A stretch of DNA of 24,000 nt from positions 1 to 24,000 of the forward strand of contig NZ_BAAAFI010000040.1 in NCBI RefSeq assembly GCF_039523455.1, given 5' to 3'. The notes beneath the pieces are model-generated. The model saw only the letters and a program-made list of their open reading frames with translations. It searched no databases and was not told where the DNA came from. Made by a program: the position numbers and the translations under genes. Source of the stretch: Algoriphagus jejuensis (GTDB lineage Bacteria; Bacteroidota; Bacteroidia; Cytophagales; Cyclobacteriaceae). This document shows, piece after piece, positions 16,204 through 24,000 of the stretch; positions within the stretch are counted from its first letter, which is position 1, and each line of letters starts with the position of its first letter.

Positions 16204-16239
16204 ATTCCCCGCCAATACATTTTTATAAAGACGGGGAAT
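16204..16239 (-). terminator. Candidate intrinsic terminator downstream of the DUF4377/META gene
   Basis: ATTCCCCG (16204-16211) / CGGGGAAT (16232-16239), followed on the minus strand by TTTTATTT. Confidence 0.5.
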
Positions 16240-16259
16240 AGGTACAGGCTGGCACCGTC

Positions 16260-16949
16260 TCAATCCACCGCCCTCAAGCTCATCAAGGCTTGTCCTTTTT
16301 CATCCCGGAGATAGAGCACATTGTTTTCGATCTCGAAACTGCGAATCAGCTCCATTACTTTCTTGACCTCGCTTTCCACCGTCATATCCGGGCAGGCCAT
16401 CATAGTCGCCGCCCCTTGGCCGAATCGAATCCTATTTTCACCTTCTAGAAAGAACCCGCCGCGGATGGAATTACAGCCTGTTTCCCCAAAGTAAGAGCTT
16501 TGGGAACCGTTGATCTCAAAGACCAACGCCTCACCTTTTGCTGACTTTGGATCTTTGATCGAGCCCACATGTAGGAGTTTCCAGATGTTGGTCAGGGCCA
16601 ATTTCGGATCGGGGTTCTTACTGATCTGTTTTACAAGTTTGTATGACAACGAAGAAGCATCGGCCGGAATAGGTTCTTCTTTCTTGCTGACTTCAACTTC
16701 GAGCTGGTAGATGAAGCCTGGCTCGTACTCAAAACCCGAGATTTGGTCGTAAAACAGTTTCCATTCGCCTTCCTCTATGGATTCACCTTTTTGGATCTGC
16801 ATACAGGTCATGGGACCGGCACCGGTGCAATCGACTTTGGCGGAATTGACCCACCACGTTTCAGTGTTTGCCTCGGCTTTTCCAGAACCTTGTTTTTCGC
16901 AGGTTTGTGCCATCAGAAGTACAGCGAGTACGGAAAGTAGGATTTTCAT
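16260..16949 (-). CDS. DUF4377 and META domain lipoprotein
   Basis: Lipobox-like MKILLSVLAVLLMAQTC; WWVNSAKVDCTGAGPMTCMQIQKGE (DUF4377); GETGCNSIRGGFFLEGENRIRFGQGAATMMACP (META). Confidence 0.88.
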   Translation of the reverse strand: MKILLSVLAVLLMAQTCEKQGSGKAEANTETWWVNSAKVDCTGAGPMTCMQIQKGESIEEGEWKLFYDQISGFEYEPGFIYQLEVEVSKKEEPIPADASSLSYKLVKQISKNPDPKLALTNIWKLLHVGSIKDPKSAKGEALVFEINGSQSSYFGETGCNSIRGGFFLEGENRIRFGQGAATMMACPDMTVESEVKKVMELIRSFEIENNVLYLRDEKGQALMSLRAVD

Positions 16950-16950
16950 A

Positions 16951-17592
16951 TCAAAATTTGATTTCTTGAACTTGGGTTAAAAGCTTTTGCGTCCAGCGTG
17001 AATAGACCAAGCCTGAAGGGTGGAGTTCGTCCTCGACGACCATTTCAGGTTGAAATCCAATCGCCCGATAGTCCGCTGTGATCTCAACGAAGGCTACGCC
17101 CAATTGGCTACACACCGCTTTTTTCGCGGCATTGTAAGCATCGATCTCCACGGCTACTTTTTTCTGATCTGATCCTTTGTTTAGTGCAAAAGGAGTGACG
17201 CCCCAATCGGGAATGGATACTACGACCACATGATCCTTTTTACCCCGCGCGAATCCGATCGCCCGAGTCAGCAGAGCCTCAAACTCCTTCTCAAACTCGG
17301 CTACCGACCGGCCGCGATATTGGTTATTGACACCTATGAGTAAGGTGACCAAGTCATATCCCTGTGGATTGGTTTCCGAGCCATCGATACCCGCTTGGAG
17401 TTCGTCCACCGTCCATCCGGTTTTGGCGATGATCTGTGGATCTGACCAAGTGTCATTACCCATTGAATTTAAAGCTCGAACAAGCTGAACGGGGTAGCGG
17501 TCTTTTTCCGCAACACCCTCTCCAATCGTATAACTGTCGCCAAGGGCGAGGTAGGTGAGTGGCTTCTGATTTTGTAATGAATGTTCTGACAT
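16951..17592 (-). CDS. SGNH/GDSL hydrolase
   Basis: YLALGDSYTIGEGV, DLVTLLIGVNNQYRG, VEDELHPSGLVY. ORF track start 17640; Met at 17592 is likelier. Confidence 0.9.
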   Translation of the reverse strand: MSEHSLQNQKPLTYLALGDSYTIGEGVAEKDRYPVQLVRALNSMGNDTWSDPQIIAKTGWTVDELQAGIDGSETNPQGYDLVTLLIGVNNQYRGRSVAEFEKEFEALLTRAIGFARGKKDHVVVVSIPDWGVTPFALNKGSDQKKVAVEIDAYNAAKKAVCSQLGVAFVEITADYRAIGFQPEMVVEDELHPSGLVYSRWTQKLLTQVQEIKF

Positions 17593-17646
17593 GGCGAGAA
17601 TCGTTAGAGAGAGTTGAAAAATCGAGATAAGAAAAGACATCTTTTT

Positions 17647-18687
17647 TTAGGATTGAAAAAGCTTCTGGGTCACCGTGATCGTTCCCAAGTCTGCATCCAA
17701 CTCAACTTCCGCACCGACGGGGATGATAAACTGGCGGGACACGTGTCCGATCATCGCGCCGGTATAAGCTGGGATTTTAAGGGGTAGGACGTAGTGATCC
17801 ATGATTTGATCGACCGTGAATGCCCCATATCCTCCACCGGGCGAGCAGTCCGAGCATTGCCCGAAGACAAAACCTTTGATCTTGTCCAAAGTGCCGTTCA
17901 GCTTTAGCGTACTCATCATTCGGTCGATCTTGTAGGGATCCTCGCCAATGTCTTCTATGAATAAAAGAGCATCCTGAAATTCAGGGTAGTATGGCGTTCC
18001 TGATAAAGAAGTCAATACAGTTAGGTTCCCTCCGAGAATCTTTCCTTTAGCCTTGCCACCAGTGAGCGTTTGGATGCGGTTTGCCTTGGCGACGAGCTCA
18101 TCTCCTTTGCTGGTTTCGTTTTTGAAGACGATCGGTTCGGTGCCGAAAAAGACCTTTTCAAACTGCTTTACATTGAAGCTGTTCCAGCTGCCCGAACCAT
18201 TTGGTCCATGGAAGGTGTTCAGTCCCGTTTGACTCTGAATCGCCGAGTGGAGCGCCGTGATATCGGAGTAGCCCTGAAGCGGCTTTGGGTTTTTCTTGAT
18301 CAACTCATAGTCGAGAAGGGGGAGGATTCTCGCCGCACCCGAACCTCCACGGATGCAGACAATCATCTTTACCTCTGGATCGCCAAACATGGCATTTAGG
18401 TCTCCGGCGCGTTCTTCGTCGGTTCCGGCAAGATGGCCAAAACGATTCCTGAGGTTTTCGCCCAGCTTTACCCTGAATCCCAAAGCCTCCATGGCCTCTT
18501 TCGCATAGGTGAATTCCATGCGATCTGCAGAAGCGGCTGAAGGGGAGACGATCCCGATGGTGTCTCCTTTCTTGATCGCTTTGGGCAGGAGTGCGGCCTC
18601 TGAGGCTTGATTCTTCATCTCAAAACCCAAAAAAGGTGCAGTCGTGGCCAATAACCCGAATGATTTTAGAAAGGTGCGCTTGTTCAT
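17647..18687 (-). CDS. LD-carboxypeptidase, S66 family (LdcA-like)
   Basis: IKKGDTIGIVSPSA, DLNAMFGDPEVKMIVCIRGGSGAARILPLLDY, LQGYSDITALHSAI, GPNGSG, GKILGGNLTVLTSLSGTPYYPE, ILFIEDIGEDPYKIDRMM. Confidence 0.94.
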   Translation of the reverse strand: MNKRTFLKSFGLLATTAPFLGFEMKNQASEAALLPKAIKKGDTIGIVSPSAASADRMEFTYAKEAMEALGFRVKLGENLRNRFGHLAGTDEERAGDLNAMFGDPEVKMIVCIRGGSGAARILPLLDYELIKKNPKPLQGYSDITALHSAIQSQTGLNTFHGPNGSGSWNSFNVKQFEKVFFGTEPIVFKNETSKGDELVAKANRIQTLTGGKAKGKILGGNLTVLTSLSGTPYYPEFQDALLFIEDIGEDPYKIDRMMSTLKLNGTLDKIKGFVFGQCSDCSPGGGYGAFTVDQIMDHYVLPLKIPAYTGAMIGHVSRQFIIPVGAEVELDADLGTITVTQKLFQS

Positions 18688-18741
18688 GTTGCTGGGATTT
18701 GGCGTGAAAATAATTCCTTTTTCCGAGGGGTAGAAAGTAAA

Positions 18742-18763
18742 AACCCTGCCAAATGACAGGGTT
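18742..18763 (-). terminator. Candidate intrinsic terminator downstream of the membrane protein gene
   Basis: AACCCTG / CAGGGTT stem, followed on the minus strand by TTTACTTT. Confidence 0.55.
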
Positions 18764-18767
18764 ATGT

Positions 18768-19355
18768 TTATTTTTCCAATTCAGCCAATAATTTTTCCAA
18801 TTGTCTGATTATGGGTCTGGATTCAAGTTCAAAGGTTTTCCTCTTTTTTCTCAGGGTAAACCACATGATTCCAAAGACAAATAAAGTCGCCCCAAGATGC
18901 GCTGCAAGTCTTAGCTCCAAGGAAAGCGGAGAGAGAACCTCCAAATAACCCAGATTGATTGCCACGGCTAGTATAATTCCATAGGTGATCATATGTTTTT
19001 GAATGATCTTGCTGCGAAGGTTGAGTTTGCGGAGTTGATCTTCCACAAATTTCCGCTGGCTGTAGGATTCTGAATTTTCCACTGAATTCAGGAGCGATTT
19101 GCTATTGAGCCATATCACCCAGGCCATTCCAAAAGCAATTAATACCAAGGTTGAAATACCAAGTAGGCTGTCTTTTAAAGGAAGCACATAAGCCAAAAAC
19201 AAGATTGTGATTGGTGTACAAATCAAGCCTAGCATCCAACCTAGTTTTTGTTTTTTCTCGTTGGCTTTCATTTGTTTGATTAGGCCGGAGAGATCAAAAT
19301 CACTTGCTTTTTGGCTTTGCCAAAGTTGTTGGATATCGTTGAAGTTAGTTTCCAT
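18768..19355 (-). CDS. Membrane protein encoded with the ECF sigma factor, possible anti-sigma or accessory protein
   Basis: Soluble N-terminus followed by paired TM segments; start overlaps the end of the sigma factor gene by 11 nt. Confidence 0.65.
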   Translation of the reverse strand: METNFNDIQQLWQSQKASDFDLSGLIKQMKANEKKQKLGWMLGLICTPITILFLAYVLPLKDSLLGISTLVLIAFGMAWVIWLNSKSLLNSVENSESYSQRKFVEDQLRKLNLRSKIIQKHMITYGIILAVAINLGYLEVLSPLSLELRLAAHLGATLFVFGIMWFTLRKKRKTFELESRPIIRQLEKLLAELEK

Positions 19356-19857
19356 GGAGTTGAGGATTGAGTTTTTGGGTTAAAACTGTTTTAATCCGAT
19401 TGACCTTGACGGCCACATAGTTTTCCGAGATTCCGCTGATCTCGGCGATCGCCTTGTACGGGGTGTTTTCCAAAAGCAGCGTGGCGATTACTCGATCCAA
19501 TTCCGGAAGCCCGTTGATCGCTTCATACAGCCTCTGAATTCGGCTTTCCTGCAACTCCGTAAAGTTTTCAGGTTCGGCCAGATCCAGGTTTTCCGGAAGT
19601 CCGGTCTGGTTTCCCTCTTTTTTCTTTTCCCTTGCTGCGAAAGTCAGGGCGGTGTTATAGGCGATTCTGAAGATCCAGGTGCTTAGTTCGCTTTCGCCTT
19701 TGAACGTATCTAAGTGTCGCCAGATCTTGATCAGAATCTCCTGAAAGAGGTCGTTTGCAAGTTCTTTTTCCCGTACAAAGCCCAGACAAAGTCGGTACAC
19801 TTTATCCTTGTGACTTTGATACAAGCCTTCGAACTGAAGTTCTTTGGAGTTTTTCAT
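19345..19857 (-). CDS. ECF-type RNA polymerase sigma factor
   Basis: LYQSHKDKVYRLCLGFVREKELANDLFQEILIKIWRHLDTFKGESELSTWIFRIAYNTAL (region 2) and LPELDRVIATLLLENTPYKAIAEISGISENYVAVKVNRIK (region 4). Met at 19857 likely start. Confidence 0.93.
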   Translation of the reverse strand: MKNSKELQFEGLYQSHKDKVYRLCLGFVREKELANDLFQEILIKIWRHLDTFKGESELSTWIFRIAYNTALTFAAREKKKEGNQTGLPENLDLAEPENFTELQESRIQRLYEAINGLPELDRVIATLLLENTPYKAIAEISGISENYVAVKVNRIKTVLTQKLNPQLHGN

Positions 19858-20708
19858 TTGAGAAACTGCGTTATCTGATCCATGAACCATTCTGGATTGT
19901 CCCACATGATGAAGTGGTGGGCTGTTGGAGCCATTTCAATTTGGATATTTTTGGCCAGCTGGTACTGGCCTTCAAAGTTCTTTTTGACGCTTGCTTCGGT
20001 CATACCGTAGTTTTTTCCCGAATACCAAGCTCCCAGGACCAAAATAGGCGTTCCCACCTCTTCCAATTCATCCCGCAGGTCCGTCGTCATCAGCGCATAC
20101 ATCGCCTCCGCCGTGGTATTTCGATCACTTTCGATGGACCATTCTACAGCCAAGGGAAGTTTTCCCGGGTTGCTGGTCATCACCGGCATGGTGGCTTGCT
20201 GTTGTTCCCGGTATTGCTCGGGGCTTAGCGAAAGCATCATTTTTTTCATCTGATCCGCCATTTCTACCATGTTTTCTTCGGTCGCTGCGGGATTGAAAGC
20301 TGCCGAGTAAAAAGGATAGGAATCTACTATGATGGCTTTATCGATTCGATCAGGAAGACTTTGAGAAAGCTTGAGAGAAAGAAAACCTCCCAAACTATGT
20401 CCGATGAGCACTACAGGTTCGCTTTGCTGCTGAATGTAGGAGCTGACCAACCCCTCCATTGTTGAAAGGAACCCCGCACTTAAGTCTATGGGTGAGTTTT
20501 TGGCAAATCCCGGCAAAGTCAGGACATGACACTCGTAGCTTTTGGAAAGTTGGCTGACCGTCTCATCCCAAACTTTTCCTGAAGAAGCCAGGCCAGGGAT
20601 GAGGACGATTTTCGGGCCGGAACCGGTCACTTGGACTTCCAGGTTTTGGGATTGTACCGTCGCTGTCAAGCCAAAGAGGCAGAGGTAAAGAAGTATCAAC
20701 TTTTTCAT
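19854..20708 (-). CDS. Alpha/beta hydrolase, secreted
   Basis: Signal peptide; IVLIPGLASSGKVWD, VVLIGHSLGGFLSL (nucleophile elbow), TAHHFIMWDNPEWF. Confidence 0.92.
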   Translation of the reverse strand: MKKLILLYLCLFGLTATVQSQNLEVQVTGSGPKIVLIPGLASSGKVWDETVSQLSKSYECHVLTLPGFAKNSPIDLSAGFLSTMEGLVSSYIQQQSEPVVLIGHSLGGFLSLKLSQSLPDRIDKAIIVDSYPFYSAAFNPAATEENMVEMADQMKKMMLSLSPEQYREQQQATMPVMTSNPGKLPLAVEWSIESDRNTTAEAMYALMTTDLRDELEEVGTPILVLGAWYSGKNYGMTEASVKKNFEGQYQLAKNIQIEMAPTAHHFIMWDNPEWFMDQITQFLK

Positions 20709-20872
20709 GGTGTTTTTTCTTCTTTAGACTAAGGCCTTGGCCAAACCTTACAGAATTTTGAAAAAATCTTCGCCGCGATAACTATCCATCCGTCCGCGCC
20801 GGAAGATGGCAAGGGTTTCGGGATTGATCTTTTACCTGCAGTTGGCAGTGGCTCCTAGCTGTTCGGAAAAAC

Positions 20873-22177
20873 TTACAACATCTCCCTCACCATCACCATG
20901 ACCTTTTCCATCTCCCGTCGCACAACTGAGGCCGTGTAGGGGTAGTTGGAGTTCATAAAGGCGAAGCAATAGGTTTTGCCGCTTTTGGTTTTGATCAGGC
21001 CGACGAGGCTATGGTTGTTGCTCATTGTGCCGGTCTTGGCAAATATGTAGGGCTGCGCTGCCCTGTAGCTGTTTTTCAGTGTACCGCTCTTGCCTCCGGT
21101 GGGCAAAATCTCGTAAAGCTGATTCTCGGGAAGGATTCGATACAGCCTTTCAAAAAGCGCCACCATGGATCGGGGTGTAAAAAGATTGTGTCGGCTCAGT
21201 CCACTTCCGTCTACCCAGTTTGGTTGGTCTGGCAGATCGAAGAAATAGGTTTTTTGGATGTATTCGATGGCGCGCTCGGTGTCCAGATTTTGAAAAAGGC
21301 GGTCGGAAACCATCAACATCAGCTGCTCGGCGATGAAGTTGTCGCTTTCGAGCATCATTTCTTTCAGAAGGGGAAAAAGCGGAGCCCCCCTCCAGCTTTG
21401 GTTTTCCAGAGGCAAAGGGTCGGGACGGTAGATCCATGGTTTCCCAGTTTCCATGCTGGCAAATTCTGTAAAAAGCTCCGGCGAAGTGAGGAAGGGAATG
21501 AATTCCTCTTTTCCCAAGAACGTTGTTGGATTGTATTCAAAGGTATTGGAGTGGAAGTCCCGTTCCAGTTCTTTGATCGGACGGGAGGTAGTCGCAACCG
21601 TGCTTTGAAATCTTGCAGGAAAGACTTGCGCTCGGCTACCGATCTTTCTCACCTGAACCAAATTGCCATAGATCGGAAGGGAAGTCCGCTCTGCCGCATA
21701 GTCGTAGTAATAGTCGTCCCACTGCCAGCCGTAGCCGAAAACCGGTGTGAGCTGATTCGCATCCGAAAAGACGACAGCCTTGAACGGGGCAAGAAACCGG
21801 GTAAAATCCGGTTGGGCAAATTCCATGTATTTCCAGCTCGGATCACCACTTCCCCATATTCTCAACGTGTCGCCATCCGTCACATAGCGCAGCGTCTGGG
21901 TGCTGTCTTGGAGGATTAGAAGTGCGGAGAAAAGGGTGAACAGTTTTGTAGTAGAGGCTGGAAGAAATCGAATCTGGGAGTTTTTCTCAAACAAAACCCG
22001 CTGCGAATCCAGATCATACAGCATGAATCCAGTCATATGCCCGCTGAAAAAGCTGGTTTCTCCCAGAGCCGATTCCAGTTTGATGTATTGATCTCGGGTA
22101 ATTTGAGCGTTTGCTTCCCTGAGAAACAAAAGAAACAGCAAACTTACAAGAAGCTTAGTCGGGTAAAATTTGGTCAT
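20873..22177 (-). CDS. D-alanyl-D-alanine carboxypeptidase, S13/PBP4-like
   Basis: PASTTKLFTLF (SxxK), SDNFIAEQLML (SxN), FAKTGTMSNNHSL (KTG), signal peptide. Confidence 0.93.
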   Translation of the reverse strand: MTKFYPTKLLVSLLFLLFLREANAQITRDQYIKLESALGETSFFSGHMTGFMLYDLDSQRVLFEKNSQIRFLPASTTKLFTLFSALLILQDSTQTLRYVTDGDTLRIWGSGDPSWKYMEFAQPDFTRFLAPFKAVVFSDANQLTPVFGYGWQWDDYYYDYAAERTSLPIYGNLVQVRKIGSRAQVFPARFQSTVATTSRPIKELERDFHSNTFEYNPTTFLGKEEFIPFLTSPELFTEFASMETGKPWIYRPDPLPLENQSWRGAPLFPLLKEMMLESDNFIAEQLMLMVSDRLFQNLDTERAIEYIQKTYFFDLPDQPNWVDGSGLSRHNLFTPRSMVALFERLYRILPENQLYEILPTGGKSGTLKNSYRAAQPYIFAKTGTMSNNHSLVGLIKTKSGKTYCFAFMNSNYPYTASVVRREMEKVMVMVREML

Positions 22178-22550
22178 TTCTTAATGCGGCGTAAAACAAA
22201 CCCAACCAGCCCATAATGAATCCGACACCCCCCAAAGGAGTTACAGCACCCCACCAAGTTCGCCCGGTTAAGGATAGAATGTAAAGTGATCCTGAAAACA
22301 ACAGAATTCCTCCAATGAAACTCCAGACTGTGAACGGCAAGCTTTTCCAGTTCGGTCGTACCAGTGCCAAAAGGCCAATAAAAAGCAATGCCAGCGTATG
22401 GTAAAAATGATAATCGACGGCAGTTTGAAAGGTATCCACTCGACCTGTATTGTTTAGAATTTCCGCCAATCCGTGAGCGCCAAACGCACCTAGACCCACC
22501 GCAAGCGTGCCTGAAAGGCCGGCTATCATGATGATGGTTTTTCCTTTCAT
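22155..22550 (-). CDS. DUF423 family membrane protein
   Basis: GLSGTLAVGLGAFGAHGL, TFQTAVDYHFYHTLALL, LLFSGSLYILSLTG, TPLGGVGFIMGW. Confidence 0.93.
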   Translation of the reverse strand: MKGKTIIMIAGLSGTLAVGLGAFGAHGLAEILNNTGRVDTFQTAVDYHFYHTLALLFIGLLALVRPNWKSLPFTVWSFIGGILLFSGSLYILSLTGRTWWGAVTPLGGVGFIMGWLGLFYAALRNDQILPD

Positions 22551-23227
22551 GTTTCAGAATAATTTCTTGCCCCAAATATCGCCGAACCGATCCGTACCAT
22601 CGTGCTGCCTTCCTCCTGGGCTATCCTATAGTCTCCGCTCATGCCCATGGAAAGTTCTTGAAGCTGAACAAACCTTGGAAGATCTCTTGCTTTCAGGGAG
22701 TCAAAGAGACTTTTGAGCGAGCGGAATTCCTTGCGGATTTGGGCTACATCCTCGGTGAAAGTCGCCATTCCCATCAGTCCTTTTATCTGGACATGGCTTA
22801 AAGCAGCGAAATCGTCTGAAGCTAACATTTCTTCCAAGTCACTTCCGTCAAAGCCAAACTTGCTTTCCTCCTCGGCGATGTGCATCTGCAGCAATATCGG
22901 AATGGTTCTGTCGATCTTTTTGCCTTGCTTATTGATTTCCTTGAGGAGCTTAAAAGAATCTACTCCGTGAATCAAATGAACAAACGGCGCGATGTATTTG
23001 ATCTTGTTGCTTTGCAGGTGACCAATCATGTGCCAACGGGTGTCGGCGGGCATCTCGGGCTGCTTGGTCTGGATCTCCTGAACTTTGTTTTCACCAAAAT
23101 CCCGAATCCCAGCCGCATAAGCTTTCTGAAGGTCTGGAAGGGGCTTGGTTTTGCTCACGGCAATGAGCTGACAGTCGGGGTTGATAAAGGATTTTTTTAC
23201 TGTTTGGAGGTTGGCTTTGATGTCCAT
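22547..23227 (-). CDS. YggS family PLP homeostasis protein
   Basis: CQLIAVSKTKPLPDLQKAYAAGIRDFGENKVQEI, WHMIGHLQSNKIKYI, GLMGMATF, LSMGMSGDYRIAQEEGSTMVRIGSAIFG. Confidence 0.95.
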   Translation of the reverse strand: MDIKANLQTVKKSFINPDCQLIAVSKTKPLPDLQKAYAAGIRDFGENKVQEIQTKQPEMPADTRWHMIGHLQSNKIKYIAPFVHLIHGVDSFKLLKEINKQGKKIDRTIPILLQMHIAEEESKFGFDGSDLEEMLASDDFAALSHVQIKGLMGMATFTEDVAQIRKEFRSLKSLFDSLKARDLPRFVQLQELSMGMSGDYRIAQEEGSTMVRIGSAIFGARNYSET

Positions 23228-23276
23228 TGTATAATTTTAGACTTCACTTTTTGCTTTTTGAGCTTAAAACAAAGAT

Positions 23277-24000
23277 ATGGCAATCATCAGCACTTTGCTA
23301 AAAAAAGGGATCCGACTTCGGGAGAGTTTGGAACAGGAGTATTCCAGTCCGCTTGACCTACAAAAGGATCAGTTGAAGAAACTTCTACTCAAAGCCAAAG
23401 ACACCGAGATCGGTAGGAAGTATGATTTTCACGGTATCCTGAAGACGTTTCGGGAGAGTGATGGGACTTTTTATGAGACCTACAAAAGCCAGGTTCCAAT
23501 CTATGACTATGATTCAATCCACGCCGAATTTTGGCACAGGCTTCTCTCTGGCAAGAAAAACGTCACCTGGCCGGGAGCGGTCAAATACTTTGCGCTGAGC
23601 TCCGGCACTTCGGGGTCGGCATCCAAATACATCCCCATCACCAACTCCATGGTGAAGGCCATCAGGCGCACGGGGGTGAGGCAGATTCTGAGCCTTTCCA
23701 AGTACGATTTACCCGCTTCGCTTTTTACCAAAGGTATCCTGATGCTCGGAGGAAGTACGGATCTGGAGTTCAACGGAACCTATTTCTCCGGTGATCTGAG
23801 CGGTATCACTACCGGGAAGCTGCCGATCTGGTTGCAACGATTTTATAAGCCTGGAAAGAAAATTGCCAGAAATAAAAACTGGGGTGACAAGCTGGATCAA
23901 ATCGTGGAAAAGGCCAGAGACTGGGATATCGGGATTATAGCTGGTGTGCCGGCATGGTTGCAGATTCTGATTGAAAAGATCATTGAAAAATATCAGGTCA
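23277..24000 (+). CDS. GH3 auxin-responsive promoter family protein (partial, runs off window)
   Basis: Read directly from ATG at 23277: MAIISTLLKKGIRLRESLEQEYSSPLDLQKDQLKKLLLKAKDTEIGRKYDF...QVPIYDYDSIHAEF...KYFALSSGTSGSASKYIPITNSM. Not listed in the ORF track because it is open at the right edge. Confidence 0.9.
   Translation, partial: MAIISTLLKKGIRLRESLEQEYSSPLDLQKDQLKKLLLKAKDTEIGRKYDFHGILKTFRESDGTFYETYKSQVPIYDYDSIHAEFWHRLLSGKKNVTWPGAVKYFALSSGTSGSASKYIPITNSMVKAIRRTGVRQILSLSKYDLPASLFTKGILMLGGSTDLEFNGTYFSGDLSGITTGKLPIWLQRFYKPGKKIARNKNWGDKLDQIVEKARDWDIGIIAGVPAWLQILIEKIIEKYQV

Noticed and set aside
19755-20228. Plus-strand ORF antisense to the sigma factor and hydrolase
   Set aside because: Overlaps two clearly coding minus-strand genes; no domain signature.
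21011-21919. 302-aa plus-strand ORF antisense to the S13 carboxypeptidase
   Set aside because: The minus strand carries all three penicillin-binding motifs (SxxK, SxN, KTG); the plus-strand product shows no recognisable family features.
22174-22575. 133-aa minus-strand ORF overlapping DUF423 in another frame
   Set aside because: The DUF423 frame is strongly family-like; this frame gives a His/Arg-rich shadow product.

Overview
Ordinary-looking chromosomal segment from a Bacteroidota (Cyclobacteriaceae/Algoriphagus-like, judged from gene content and TAnnTTTG promoter boxes), mostly coding on the minus strand. The best supported block is a partial histidine operon (hisG-hisD-hisC-hisB, minus strand). 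Other supported genes: a DUF1343/NamZ-type muramidase, LolC/E-like ABC permease, polyprenol-phosphate mannosyltransferase-like GT2, stand-alone ATP-grasp protein, TPR lipoprotein, cupin, S9 (DPP-IV-like) peptidase, DUF4287/DUF5655 protein, SDR oxidoreductase, DUF4377/META lipoprotein, SGNH hydrolase, S66 LD-carboxypeptidase, an alpha/beta hydrolase - ECF sigma - membrane protein set, S13 (PBP4-like) carboxypeptidase, DUF423 protein, YggS, and the start of a GH3-family gene. The observations most worth following up are: (1) a two-gene module upstream of hisG encoding a candidate BECR-fold-like nuclease overlapping a DUF2283 protein, which looks toxin-antitoxin-like; (2) a his leader with a consensus Bacteroidota promoter and a 9-aa peptide MLHHFHHSS that could act as an attenuator; (3) several degenerate tandem arrays, all with period 7 but with different unit sequences, sitting at gene ends; (4) small dispersed palindromes with a TTCGGAATT-GCA-AATTCCGAA or GGATT-TGC-AATCC core, resembling REP/RAYT-type elements; (5) a secreted-protein gene apparently split by a 1-nt frameshift at the left edge. 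No CRISPR array, rRNA, tRNA or intact transposase was recognised. All family assignments come from reading the protein sequences, not from database searches.
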